Source: Phoronis australis (lineage: Eukaryota; Animalia; Phoronida). From it: a DNA stretch of 64,000 bases. The notes under the pieces were generated by a model. The model was not told the origin of the DNA, did not search any database, and saw only the letters and a program-made list of their open reading frames with translations. Positions 38,601 to 52,700 of the stretch are shown in pieces (position 1 is the stretch's first letter; every line of letters begins with the position of its first letter). Position numbers and translations under genes: made by a program. The stretch covers positions 1 through 64,000 of the forward strand of contig NMRA01000372.1 of assembly GCA_002633005.1 (NCBI GenBank), in the 5' to 3' direction.

Positions 38601-41600
38601 TTTGCTTTCCTTAGCTGTTTCATGTCGTATGCAGTGACGGAAAATGGGACGAAAAAACCCGTTAATTACTTTTTGTTATTTTTGCCAACAATTTAAAGAC
38701 CTCCAGTCACGTCACTTTAACTTGCGTCTTCGTAATCAAAATACAGAAAATAGTATGGCAAAAAGTGAGTCGTGTATGATCTACACTCTGTGATGCACGT
38801 TTTTCCAGTCGCAGATGCGGTAGCACACGATTTCGGACATTTTGTAAAATTTCTCCAAGACACTTGGAAGAATCCAAAGTGGCCGGGCCAGAGCTTCACT
38901 CACCAATCATCGAAAATAAGTCTGCGTGGTAGACCGAGCACTCTTTCTTAGACTTCTCTACATCCTGGTCATAAAGGACTCGAGCGACGGCTATGCCGAA
39001 ATAGGCGCCGAATACGTGAACAAACATCGAGCCTCCCATATCGACTACCTGAAATGAACGAAACGTTGAGGTTGCGCTCTGATGTAATTGCAGTAGAGCA
39101 CTTTCGAAGCAAATCTACAGCTTGCTTAGTCAATCTTATGCTATTACAGCGTTTTATCCAATCATAAGCCAGAAACATCATCGGCTGTTAAATAATGTAG
39201 ACTCTAGGATTAGATTTTTAAAAAATATTTTACTTTACCTTGAAATAAGTTACCCCGATGTGTTCATTCAGAGAGAAAACGACAATTTCAAAGAAGGACA
39301 TTACGATGAGCTGAAGCGGACTTGTCTTTCCAAGAACTGCACCGAACGATATCAGGACCGCCGCTGCTGCAAACTCTGCCGTGGTTAACCTATATGAAGG
39401 CAGCGTTCGTTATGTGTGCAACACATTATGGCGACAAGTTATCACCAACATGATTTGTACCACAGTACAACTAATAGATCCAGTGTTTCAAGTGTCGTGA
39501 TGAATAACTTGTGAATTCTTTAGACCAGGTCCCTGAGTTTAATCTTTGTATCCAAAACAAAATCGAAATTATTTTCGGTATTTTCTATTCTACTTTTGTA
39601 CGACCTCAAGTTAGGTGTCTTTTATTCTCTGCTCCTGTACATTATGGTATATGCGTTACTGCGTACTTGATTGCACCGGGCGTGTGTTCAGTAGACGCTA
39701 GGACCTACGCTAGGACCTAGCTAAAACCTAGTCAAAGTCACGTGTTCTCATTTAAAATACATGGCAAGTCTTGCTTTTTAGCAAGGTCCTAGCGTTACTG
39801 AACGGGAGGCTGGATTCGAGGTACAAGCTCGAGCAAAAGCTCACGATTTCGAATAAATATTTAAAATTTCGAGTTCAGACTCGAACTTGAAGCATTGATG
39901 TTGGAGTCACCAAGTGCGAGCTAGAATTAGACAGTTATTCGCACACGGCAAACCATTGCTTACTCGAGCAAATAAGAATGGACATTTATCTCAAATTTGC
40001 AAAAAATGTAGAATAGAAAAGGATTTCGAATTGCATTTTGAGCAAAACGATTAGACACTGGGCCCAGATTATTATTTAAACCTCGCGAGTGTTTATTTTT
40101 GTTGAAGCAGGCATATATAAAGACCAAAATATATTCAGAATATCCCTATGGCTCACCGTTTCTGACCACGGGAATAAGTCATGGAAGAGCGGGTAACAAT
40201 AGTAACATCAACTAGTGATATTTCACTCCGTAGAGCTGTTACGTATTTTCATAAATGAGATGTCAGCAAAGGCGATTGTCAATGAGCACGTGCGGACAAT
40301 TCTCTTTATGGTCGTCTAATTAAGCACATTCGAGAAAATAGTGGAACGATCATTTTGGGTGAAATTTGATAATTTACTTGCATTTTTTTGCGCAATTTGT
40401 AAATTTTTGAGACAAGTCAGTTAACACGTTTGGTTGTCATTAGCTTCAGTTTTTAGGCTGAGAACCACACTGCCCATGACATGGTAACTCACGAGATTAT
40501 GTTCACCGATATCTTCCCGTCATGCATCTCAAGTAGACCACTCATGATAATGTGCCACTGGACGACGAACGAAGCGATCAACATATTGACGCTGATGGCG
40601 CTGTATCCATACTTTCTAAGAAACGTCATCAGGAAGCCAAAGCCGATGTACATCATCACGTGAACATCTTGGAACACTGAAAACAAAAGAGAGTGTCACG
40701 TCATGTAGTCGTGTATTGTTGTTAGTATGTAACGAAATTTATGATATTTATGGTTGAAAAGAATTTGTTTTTCGTAGATTTAAATACCAGCAGCATCATA
40801 ACCGCCATTATCATCGTCGTCGCCTTTGTCGTCATCAGTAATTTGACTTTGTTTTAAATATACTATTTAATTTACATTCAGCCTCATGCGCCAAGTTGGA
40901 ACACTTGATGGGTTTAGTGAGTCAAAAGAAATCAGTTTGCAGTGGTGGATTTAGGGGGAGGGGGAATGGGTCAATGCCCCCCTATAATTCTTCAAGACTC
41001 CATTTGGCAGTTCGGGACAAAGCCTTGGTTAATACTCTGTCCTGCACCCCATAGCCCTCAACCCAAAATCCTGGATCCGCCCCTGGTTTGTGGTTTTCTT
41101 ATTTCAGTGTTATATTTCAAATACTTTTAAAACGTGGGCGTGCTTTTCGCGGAAACGTCACTGATTACATATGGTGATAATGGCTCAGTGAGTACCCATA
41201 ATGCATGAGTCTGCTTAACTCAATACGGCGGCCATTTTAGGTGGTGGTGTACCAGCAAAATAAAAATCAAACAGAAAAATTCATATCAAATTCACTTAAT
41301 TTTGACAATACTTGGACTACTGTTGAATTCGTGCTCCTTATATTTAAGTATTGATTGAACTAACTTTCGTTAATACCAGTTTTATGACATTTAACAAAAA
41401 TGAAAAGGAAAAATATCTTTAAAGGGAAATGCATATTCTGAAAATCAAATTAATTGAAACGCTAACACTTACTGAAAAACGATGTTCGTAAATCCCCTGC
41501 CTTTGTATTTTCCAGTGCTTCCCAGTCGATGTTTCCCCAATCTGATTAACGTATTCTCTCCATATACTGCCACCTTTATGTTCCCTTGGTACAGTATCCC

Positions 41601-43663
41601 CTTCTGTCTGATTGTTTCTTTGCCTATTAATTGAATTTCTTCATGACATCTGTATGTGTGTTAGGTGCATGAGCCCCCATGCAACAAAATGACAACAAAA
41701 ATGCGCAACTTCCTGTGTCAGTAAATAACATGTGGGTTGCTATTGATCCGAGTGCAAAATTGTGAATTACAGGTAACACACAAAGCAATCGTTTCGCCTT
41801 CGACGGTTTAGCCGATTGTCTATTAAAATCGGCGATATTTGATAAAGTCATGAGTCGTACTACATGGGACTGAAAAGGTAACCCTGTGACGTTTGTTCCC
41901 AAAACACGCGTAAGAGCAACATTGTTGAACATACGTCATCCACAAGAATATTTAAGATAAAATTGTTGTTAGGATACACGTTTATTGACAAACGTTAGCT
42001 TCCATATTCAATAACCCACAGGCGTTATATTACCTTTATATAAAAAGGGATCCAAAACATCCTGGACACTACAGAGACACGTCATTTTTGAATGCTCTAC
42101 GTAAAATTTTTATGTATATTCTGAACTCATGACTGACCTCGTGGACCGAAGGGAATTACTGGTCGAGGAACAGGCAAATTTTAGAAAAGGATACTAAACA
42201 TATTCGCCTTACGCGTAGTTGTACAGAAAAACTTGACAAGTCCTGGAGCAAAATCTATTTAGTTTGCTCATTTTGATTTCACCAAGGCGTTTGACAGTGT
42301 AAGAAAGTAACTTTGTTATATTTTAATCCAGTGTAAACTCCATGGTTCCATATTTAAAATCATTCAGACGCTGCATAGTCATGTTAAAGGCTAGGTAAGA
42401 CAAACAAAGGTCTATCACAATCTTTTGATTGTTATTGTGGAGTGATACAAGGCTGTATGGTCAGTTGTATTCTTTGCGTTGTATACATACGGGAGTATAT
42501 TCGTAAATCCTGATTTTTCTGATATCCGTGTGTTACTCTTTGCTGGTGATGTTACTATTGTAAGTGACACTGCACGTGGTCTACAACGCTAGCTTAACTA
42601 CGTAGAAAGGTTTTGTAATAAGTGGAGCCTAAGTGATAACATTGCTAAGTCAAACGTAATGGTTTTTATGAAAGGGATGGACAGGAAAATCAGTGGTATT
42701 GACAAGATAACGAAGTAAAATCTGTCAGTTATTAAACATACCTTGGAATTTGGTTTCCGTGCAGACCTAAGTGGAATGTATGTTGTAGAACGCTCGAACC
42801 ACAAGGGTCAAAAGCATTTAATATAATATAAAAACATCGTTTAATGAAATCCAGGCTTAGGGATCCAAAAACAGCGTTTGACTCGATGGTTCTCCTTATG
42901 TACATTGGTCTATGAAGCTGAAATATGGTGAACTTGTCAAGTTAAGGAGATAGACCTGCTTCAAGATGAACCTTGCAAATGGGTGTTGTACAGTGATAAG
43001 AAGTCCAACGTTATTGCACGTGCAGAGAGTGACAGACCCAGTTGGAGCTCATCGTACGTCAGCAAACAGATTAAATGTTTTTTAAAGTTGGCTAAAACTT
43101 TGCTATGAAATGTTAAAACGTTAAGAAAACGGAGGTCTAACAAGCTGGTGTTCAAGATTTAAACCAATGCTGTTTGAAAACTGTTTGGTTGTTCCAAGGT
43201 GTTGGATACGAGCGTATATTTATTAGTTAATTGAGAGGTGTACAGTTACAGATTGGCGCATTTGGGGATAGTGCGACTTTTATATTGAAATAGTAATACC
43301 AACTTCTATTGTGAACCATGGTTGTCTGTCAAGCTAGACCCGCAACTTAAATTTGCGCTCGCAAATCTTAGGTGCAGCACTCATAAGTTAAATATAGAAA
43401 TAGGCTGAAGAAATAACGTCACAAACGACAAAAAGATTATGCTAGTTCTGTAATATAGGCGAAGTTGAAACAGAAGTTTCACTGTCTTTTCGTATGCCCT
43501 GTGTTTGATGATATAAGTAGAAAATTTCTACTGGCAGACTGAAGGTCGTCCAAGCGTGGATCGTTTAAGAGCATTATTCACGAACCAGTCGAACATTAAA
43601 TTTTTGCCTTTGTACATAAAAGAGATTTTGTGTGACGAGATTGACCCAATTCAACTTGTCCAA

Positions 43664-43717
<54 letters not shown>

Positions 43718-46700
43718 GTCATGATCACGATCATCACCGTCATCATCGTGACCATCGTGATCGTCGTCGTCGTCGTCGTCGTCTTTGTCATCGTCATCAT
43801 CACTATCATTGTGCAAAATGGAACTATGGGCCACTCAATTACAGTGTTGTTGTTACTGTAGCTTCACTGCGTGGTTTATTAGAGGAATAACAAGAAAACT
43901 TGGAATGACTCCACACTATAACGGAACTAGACACCATCGAGCCGGGGAGGCACCGAAAAGAGGAAACAATGGTCCCTAGGGATTTTGAGCAGGAACGTCG
44001 AGACGGGAGAACATAGGCACAGTGAAACATAGCGACAGCGGATACAGGGAATGGGAACATGCTTGTAGGGACAGAAGCACATAGGGGCAGGGAACATCGG
44101 ATATGGTAAGCAATGGTTCACGAGGATATTGGGACAACAAAACATTGGTCTGGGAAAAGTTTGTCAGGGGAATATATAGAGCTTTGGAAAACATCGGAAC
44201 TGAAAAAGGTGAGAAAAACGGTGAATGAAGCAGTTGCATCAGTATAGAGTTACATTTGGCTTCAAACTGCAGTTAAACTGATATTTTGTAATTTTAACGA
44301 AAAGTCTGCACCAAGCTTAACCGTTTTCTATTTTAGAGAAATCAGTGTTGACAGGTTGTAGTAACGCGCAACATTTAAGCAAATCCACCAAAGCTTTCAA
44401 AGCAGAAGTGGATTTGGTGAGAGCCCTGAAAATGTCATCTTGGATCTTTTAAATATGATTATTAAAAAGGAAAACGCTTGATGAATTAACGCAGCTATTA
44501 ATGTATATGAAGTGGATTAACTTTTGATTGATGTTGCCATGGTGACATTAAATGTTCGCATACACTTTCAGTATTTTTAGAAACGTGGAGGCGGCATTAA
44601 AACTACAAACATCACATTTATGCATATTTTTACGAAAAAATTTACATTAAGGGCTCAAGCAGAATGTGATGCGTCTAACAGCAAAGTAAATGTTAGTGCA
44701 ATAACGATCATCCTGGAATAAATAATTTGACCCCTACTAAAGGTCACGCACTGAAATTTCGAACATGTATTAGTTTAAAGCCACCCTGTGCACAAACAAA
44801 ACTAAGACTCCTACAGTTACAAGTCTGGTCTTATTTTGTACCTTATTCGGATTAAATACGATTGCTGCACTGGAGAAGAAATGTGTGTGCGTAATTACTT
44901 GACACCAGGTCAACAAGTTGCCTTGTCGTGACGTGTCTAATAAGCGCCAAACATGTTCTCATAATCTCTCACTTCTTCAGCTGAATAAAAAACAATTTGA
45001 AACCAGCTTTATAGTAAAATGTGACTTAAATTAGAAATTTTTGACGGCCAAAAAGGCGGATTCATAACAGTTTAAAAATATTCACCGAAGTTTGTAATGA
45101 ATTTCAATTAACACACCGCAAGCCATGTGACTTTCTAACTGGAAAATGAATGGTCATATAAAAAATCTCCTCATGCGCAGACAATAACGTTCACAGTACC
45201 AGGATCACCTAAGGGTTCTCGCCTTGCTCAATCAAGGTTTAGCATGACTAACGTTGCCATTTAGCCATCGTCATAAGAGTCAAGCAATCTATAAGTAACC
45301 ACCAACGCTCTTGCCAAAGGCAACCAGCGTCGTGTCAAGCAAACAGCCATGAATAAACCTCCTGTTCAGTCACAACGCTAGGACCTCGCTAAAAAGCAAG
45401 ACTTCGCGAGATTACGTGAGATATTTCCGTGTATTTTAAGTAAGAGCACGTGTCTAAAACTAGATTTTAACTAGGTCCTAGCGTAGGTCCTGGCGTTACT
45501 GAACGCACGCCTGCTCCCTTCTGTCCGGGACTTTGCCCCCACCTGCTCTTCATCGGACAGTCGAACAAGAACGTTCACATGACAGGATAAATTTGTGGCT
45601 CCCGAATACACCCAAGGTGTAAGAGAAGTCGCGGCTCATTCCGCGTATCAGCGAGTGAAATCGTTTAGTGACACGTGTCATGTGCTTCGCTTGAAATGCA
45701 TGGCCAAACTCGAAAGAAACTATCAGCTCAAAGTGTTCACAGGACCTAACCTACTGGCAAGTCGCATTCTTGTAAATTGAGAGTCTTATGGCGAATATGT
45801 CGACGGGTTCTTGTTCGGATTGTCATCGTTTTTTTGTATTTAACGTGTACACTCAAGCAGCATGTTTGTGCCTGCCGGTGCAATTCGAGCTAGTGAATTC
45901 ATTGCGCATTTCAGCGAAGCAGAACACTGTTTTATTGCCCACAAAACCTGGATTGAACAAAATGCGGGAGGAATGTGGTGGCCCGATTAGCTAACCTACC
46001 AATATGGCGCATTTTCTCATTATCATAGAAATCAGGTCCTCTACACAATCATTAGTAATACGAAGCTATTTGCCGACTCGGCACGCTAAAATTAACTCGT
46101 TAATGTATTTATCCAGAGTGCAAATTTCGGGCTACTGTTATTTATAGTTGTAACGCACCCCCTCTGCAGTTAATTCCAAGGTAGTGTTTACAACAATAAC
46201 AAAAATGTTATGCCCACAGGGGTAATTGTCTAGACAAACTAGGTGAAGAAAACAGCAAAGAATTCGAAATGAATGAGCACTACCGACAACTTCCAAAGCA
46301 ACATTATTCGAGTTAACAATTGTTTGTCAAAAATACATTAAACCAGTGATGTTGTGTTAAATGCGTGGTACGTGTACGCCCGAGGCTCATCGTAACAGCA
46401 CAGTATTTTAAACTGCACCTTTGCACTTTCAAAATAACTGGGACGCTCAATTTTCAGGACAAATGATCTTAGTTAGCAAGACAACATGATAAGGGTCAAC
46501 ATCACACATTTCTTTTCCAGCAGTGTAAAAAATGATGAATTCTATATTACCTGAGTTTGTGTTTCGCAAAGTTTTGGACTCCGTATGTGAGGTCATAAAA
46601 TATCATATAGTGTTCTTCAAATTGCAATTTATGATCGACATATGTCCCGGATAATATATAAATGATACGTGCGTCGCAAGCTCGTTACCAGAGATGAAAG

Positions 46701-49700
46701 GAGACTGATTTAGGCGATATAAGGTCATTTATTATGACGAGTACAATTACAATAAAATGAATACAGGTAAATAAGTATAATAGGTAATCTCTGGTAAGAT
46801 GGGCAATAAAAAGCGCCACAGAGGTGTAACATTCTACTTCATTAGTGTTCACAAACGTTTCGATTACTCCAACCACTAAAAATACGAACATAGATCAACA
46901 TTCCTTCAGATTCATTTGCGGATACCTCAGTGCAGCATATACTCGACCATAGTTACTAGCTTTGACCAGGGGCCCGTTCTAAGAAACTGACTTTAGTTCA
47001 TTTTTTACTTAACTCTAAGATTTGTCTCAACTTTCAAACTTTGAAACTTCCACATCAGGTTAGTGTATCAAATCTAAGGCAAAATTTAAGTCAAAAACTT
47101 AAGTTAAACTTAAGATCACTTTCTTGGAACGGACTTAATACAAATTGAAGTTTGGTCTTAAATTTGACACAAATTTAAGATTTGCCTTCGATGGGTGAGT
47201 TTTCTTGGAACCGGCGCCTGAACTATAAAACAAACAATTTGTTGTTTTTTGAGATTTTATTAAAAATTGTCGGTTATCACCGTTGTCCGCCAGACATTCG
47301 CTGACGTCACGGCCTGTATTTTTACCTGAACGCTTGCCTCTTAGATTAAAGATGCCATGTCTCATTAACACTGCGAATATTCAAATTTGTAGCAAGCGCC
47401 ACCTAATGACTTCCTGGAATAATGTGTGTACAGGAAAGAAACAATTTGTAAAAAACACTACCACTGATAAACTTAAAAACAAGTGTGAACATATAAAAAC
47501 CCAAGTAATTCCGAATATTACGCAATCGTTATTTCATAGCGAAATAAACAAATACTTAAAACTGTGCCTTGTTGCATAAGGGTAACGACAATGCTGTGGT
47601 GGTTTCCCAGGAAATCCCGGGAGAAGTATGGTCAAATTCCTGGAATTCCAGAGACCCAAAATGGCATGACGATGAATATTATCCAAGATGACAATACATG
47701 AAGTTACATGCTTTCTTCGTTCTTCTGACGGCATTTGCTCCTCTTACGCCATGATGAAAGATTACCATACTCATTTACATAAAAATAGTCTTTCAAAACG
47801 AGACTCGCGAGATTGTATTGGTAACTGGTTCACTGATGGTTTCCGGCACACTGGAGCACCCGATGTTGTTTGTTAAGTAAAACTTCATTTGTAAGCTCAC
47901 AATTTAATGAGACTATGCATCTTTAAGTCAGCTAGCACAGCATTTATAAGCGGCCACACAGGTTCCCACTTCGAGCCCGAACTTGGCATGTTCTCAAAAA
48001 GTCACTTTTCTTACCAATAATGTCACTTTAAGCCTGCATATCTCCCGAAAAGAGCAAACAGACTAGAATTTACCGTCGCTAAAAGAAATACGTGTAAGAA
48101 ATTGAAAGGACTATCAAACTTAACAGGGTCAGAGTATATGCCGAAGCGGGCATCTTCATGATATTTATTTTTAGTGACTGAAAGGCTCCTGGATTCAACA
48201 AGACCGCAAACTGTATAGCCTACGCTGTCACTTGTTCGAAATTGTAGCTGCAAATTCTCCAACATTTTTAAAAAACTGCCTTAGTTTACGTTTTTACGTT
48301 CACTAATCACTTTCTACAATAAGGACAACGGCACTTCTGAAATGGTTAAAATGGTTCACGGAGTCCATTAGGCAAACCTGACCTTCCTTTAATGACTGAG
48401 TTAAAAGTTTTAAAACTCTTGAAATGCAATTTAACAATTTAATGCCCTCTCGTGTCCATTCGGAGAATTTGCGAGGCTCTGAACTCCAGCTGACTCTTAA
48501 CTTGGAGACAAGTCTCTTCGAAGCCTTTGTGTTGCATTTCTTAAAATTTCGGAGGAACTTGGAAAAGGCCTCACAAACTGTCATGGGATCTTAATATTGG
48601 ATGTCGTGACACGTTGGGTTTCGAGTGACGGTTGTCTCGCTCTGTTGACTGTGCCTGACCTAGTAGGTTGTTGCAGGTCAGGCGATAACTCAGGAGACAT
48701 TTTATGAAATTATAGTAAATCATTTTTAATGGAACAGAAATACAGAGTTTTAAATCATTTTCAACATTGTACATTCACGGTCCAAGCATTTCAGTATCGG
48801 ACATTTAGCCAGTATACGCCACTAAGTCGTGAACTAGAGCCTTTCTCTGGCAATATCTTGTGTCATGTCACTGTTTTACGACATTGACTAATTTAGGAAT
48901 TTTTTTAATATGATTTTTATATTTCAAGTAACACGTTATTTTGTTTCAAACATGTTTATTATATTTTTGTGTCTAGTTTTTGTTGTTTTCGCGTTTAATA
49001 AAGCAGCGCGTGACATCAACTTTTACAATCAGGTCTTACTAAGCCCTAGGCAAACCAAAAGTATTAGGTGTGATATAATTCAAGCCTAAATTTTGAATTT
49101 ATAAAAGAAGTAACTTCTTGCCTTAAATTATTCACACCAGCTAAACTTATTTCATCGTCCCGACAACACACCATAATCGCCATCTAGTGACATGCAGCGG
49201 GGTGACCGCGCTTTGGAGAACGTCAAATTGAGCGATCTTATTCGACGGTGCTTCATCTAAAATAGCTCAAAAACGAAGTCGATGGCCTCTGTATTTCGTA
49301 AAAAACACGACGGAGGTCAAATAAATTGAAAATAATAAAGGTGTATTTTTTGGTGTAGACGCTGAATCTCTAATATTTGACGTCATAACTCAAAATCCAG
49401 AAAAACCGTTCACCTACTCCGATATCATAAAGTTAGTGAACCGAAGATGAAATAAAAGCTGTCCAAAACGAAACTGAAATCTTACACGGAAATAATCCAG
49501 AATTTCAATCAGTAATCTAATTAAAAGTGGCTTTACAAGAAGTCACTTAATTTTCAAATGTCTGCCTATGTATCTGTATATAGGCGGCTGCAACGGAAAA
49601 CTGTAATTCGCTAAACCCCGCGGATTTTTAGCAGACAGACCCCTAAATACGAAATTTTCAAAAAATGTCAATGACAAATTAAAACTGTTTCGAACACCCT

Positions 49701-52700
49701 TAATAGTAAGAAATCATTTTACTAAATGAACCAACGACGCTTAAGAACTGAGGTCTGCATCATGAAGGAGGACTATGAAATTCAGTTTTACGCTCCTCAC
49801 TGAGCTATTTTTGAAAACTAATTGACTCTCACTTGGACTAAAGCCTGAGATCTGTCGTTACTGGTATGGTTTTTGTAAAGTATATTTAGATTATGATTTG
49901 CTCATAATTACATGGCTGTGAAACTTTTTTTCGAGCAATTGCGAAGTGGGATCGCAAGACCCAATTCTGTCGCACGTGTCAAGTCGTACGTGTTTTAACA
50001 CGTACGACTTAAAAGTCGTACGTGTTAAGTCGTACGTGTTAAGCCACTTTTATGCAAAAGACTGCTGGGTTCGTGCTAGATATGCAGACGATGTGTTGCT
50101 GGGGTCGACCCATTTGTATGAATGAGTACCGGCCATGTCTGGCAAAACATAGCCATCGCTGGACTTGATTCCCTGAAGAGGGCGTTTGAAAATCCTAGTT
50201 CACCCCGCTGCAGAAATCTGGGCTAGCATCCGGTTGGCCGTGACGGATTCACGATTCCCCATGTACCCTAAAGAATGTAAATCAACTCTTTTCTAAATCG
50301 AAGCAAGCGATTACTGTTGTCATTGTCAATTTCTGATTTCTCGTTTACCCCATTTGTGAGTATAATTAACATACGGGTACTTGCCCATTCCATTTATAAC
50401 GTGTAGCATTTTGGTCAAAAACAACTTTTGTGATTTTTTCATACCCATTGGAAATAGGATACGTGATACTTATGTGACTATTGGAAACGTTCCTTTGGCT
50501 GAAAACACAAGGAAACAAAAGACACTATATTTGCAGTGCAGTTTGGTGCACCTATGTATTCGCCCTTACATGTACAAATCACAAATGTGTGTGTAAATCG
50601 CACAGGTGCGAAGTTCGTGTCACATTTATGCATTGTTTTAAACATTCTGCAACCATTCGCAGGCAATGTTTTATTAAAAGTACTTATTTTTGGTATCATA
50701 GTCAGTTAAACCGCAACACATTAGACACCCCACACCTACAATCAGCCTTTACATGTCGAGAAAATGAGCACGTGTATCAGTACTTGAACAGTATACCGTG
50801 CACAATGAGAGCTCATTGCACGCGCGTGTATAATGGTGAGTTTACGTGCATGTGTTCCTTTCCTGTCTTCACTTTGAGACAACTCGTTTGGACGCATACG
50901 TCACCCTGCTGCGAGCTTGAGACAAGTCGGTTGGACGCGTACGTCACCCTGCTGCGAGTTTGAGACAACTTGTTTGGAAGCGAGTTAGATTCGTTGGTAA
51001 CACGGATGGATAGCTATGAAACACGTGCCAATACATTTGGAAGAGTCTGCCGGTATTCGTTACAGTCACACTAACGCGCTTTTACATGTAGTGGGTGGTC
51101 AATCGTGTTTTAAATTTTAAGTGATCATACACAGGTTATGGAAAAAACCAGGTCATTGCAGCATCATTCACGTCAAAACAACTGAATATCATCAAATATT
51201 TGTTTTTGACCTGTTCTGCTGCGATGCTTCTCGCCTATCAAGAGTCGTGACGCTAACCCTATGAAATTTTAATCTACACCTATACGCGTAAACTGGTCCC
51301 CTATCAGGCAAGTAGCCAGCATTGCGCAGGGGGTGGTTCAAATTTCTTGAACGGTGGACCTTTGATATTTGCAAACGTCGACACTGTGGAGTTTTCCTTA
51401 AGCTCTCGAGTTGACGCAGCTTAATCGGGAAGAAAGGAAATTTGTATACACAACGATGACTCTCAGCTCTATGTTTCTGAGATGAAACCGAATTAGTAAT
51501 ACCAGAGGTGAGGATGCCGCGACGGTTGCTCGCAAATAACGGAACTCAATTTGGATGTAATGTGGTCCAAAACGTTCTCGCGCACTTCCTGCCAAATTTT
51601 CAAATCACGCATGCTTAAATGAGTGATTACACCTACATGGACAGAAATATTTAGCCGGAGAATAACTTGACGCAATTTTTATCTAGTTATATGTTTTGTG
51701 TTACTGAAGTTACTTGCGTGACGTTGGAATTGTGAACATCCCAATACTCACCATTCGGTTCACCATTCCGCAGGTTTACTACTTCTGAGGTTCACTGCTG
51801 TAAAAAAGGATCTATCTTTTTCAACACATATGTATTTTTTACACTTTTAATGCAAAAATGAATGATATTACGGCTGTTTGATACAGTGAATGGTGTACCT
51901 AGGGTATACCAAAAACAACGACCGGTTACTAAAATACTTCGTTTGGATTTCATATGCATGCGAAATTGCCTGCATGTCTTACGAACAATGAAAACGTTAT
52001 TGCATTTTAAAAAATATGGAGTGAGAATACTGATGAATTATCAATCACGATACATTCATCAAATCTGTGCCAAAATCGCATCATTTCACAGCGCGACTGA
52101 AAAGTTTAGGGCCGCGGCGCCAGAACCTCACCCACCGGAACTACGCACACGGCCGGGTTGAAATTAAATGTAGTTAGCAGGCTACCCTATCCCTGCCAGT
52201 CTTCACCGGCGAAGTCAGAGAGCCTCTTCTGTCTTCTTAAATTTAAAACCGTTGATCGCCGCAGCCCCGACCCGTCCCCCAGGTGCTGCCCATGCTTGAT
52301 AATGAGTCGTTTGTTAGACTCAAGAATCACGATTGGCAGTGATTGGAACTGAGCTCATTTGTAAACAATGTAATCAATGAATTAAGAACTATTCAACTTT
52401 TGCACACTCTTTGAATGGTTGCTAAATGGACACAAATACAATACTATATTCGTGTATGTTACGACTCATTAGCAGACAATCAGAGCAATCAACTGTGTGG
52501 CTCAATGGTTTGTTTATTGAGGTCGGGACTCCTGTTTGTGGGAGATCTGGGTTCGAATACTGGCTTCTTTGGCTGACAATCAAGCATTGCGCAAAGGCGT
52601 CTCCTACTCCTCTGAGCTCGTTCTTACTAGTGAATGTGCAAGGGTGTGAATTAGAACCTGGATATAACGAAAAAGCGACTCCTGGGGCTGTGCTTATACT

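Larger units (their letters stand above)
35294..39157. repeat. ~1.9-kb direct duplication across n37245 containing Rh exons 4 and 5 (second copies at 36991-37135 and 36146-36312)
   Basis: Offset of 1913 bp between the copies. The exons are almost identical; differences concentrate in the CCAT/CCAC tract. Confidence 0.9.

Noticed and set aside
43556-43861. Poly-Ile/Val membrane-like ORF
   Set aside because: Microsatellite translation at a LINE tail.
50874-50982. 43-bp repeat as a mini-CRISPR
   Set aside because: Units are contiguous tandem copies without spacers.
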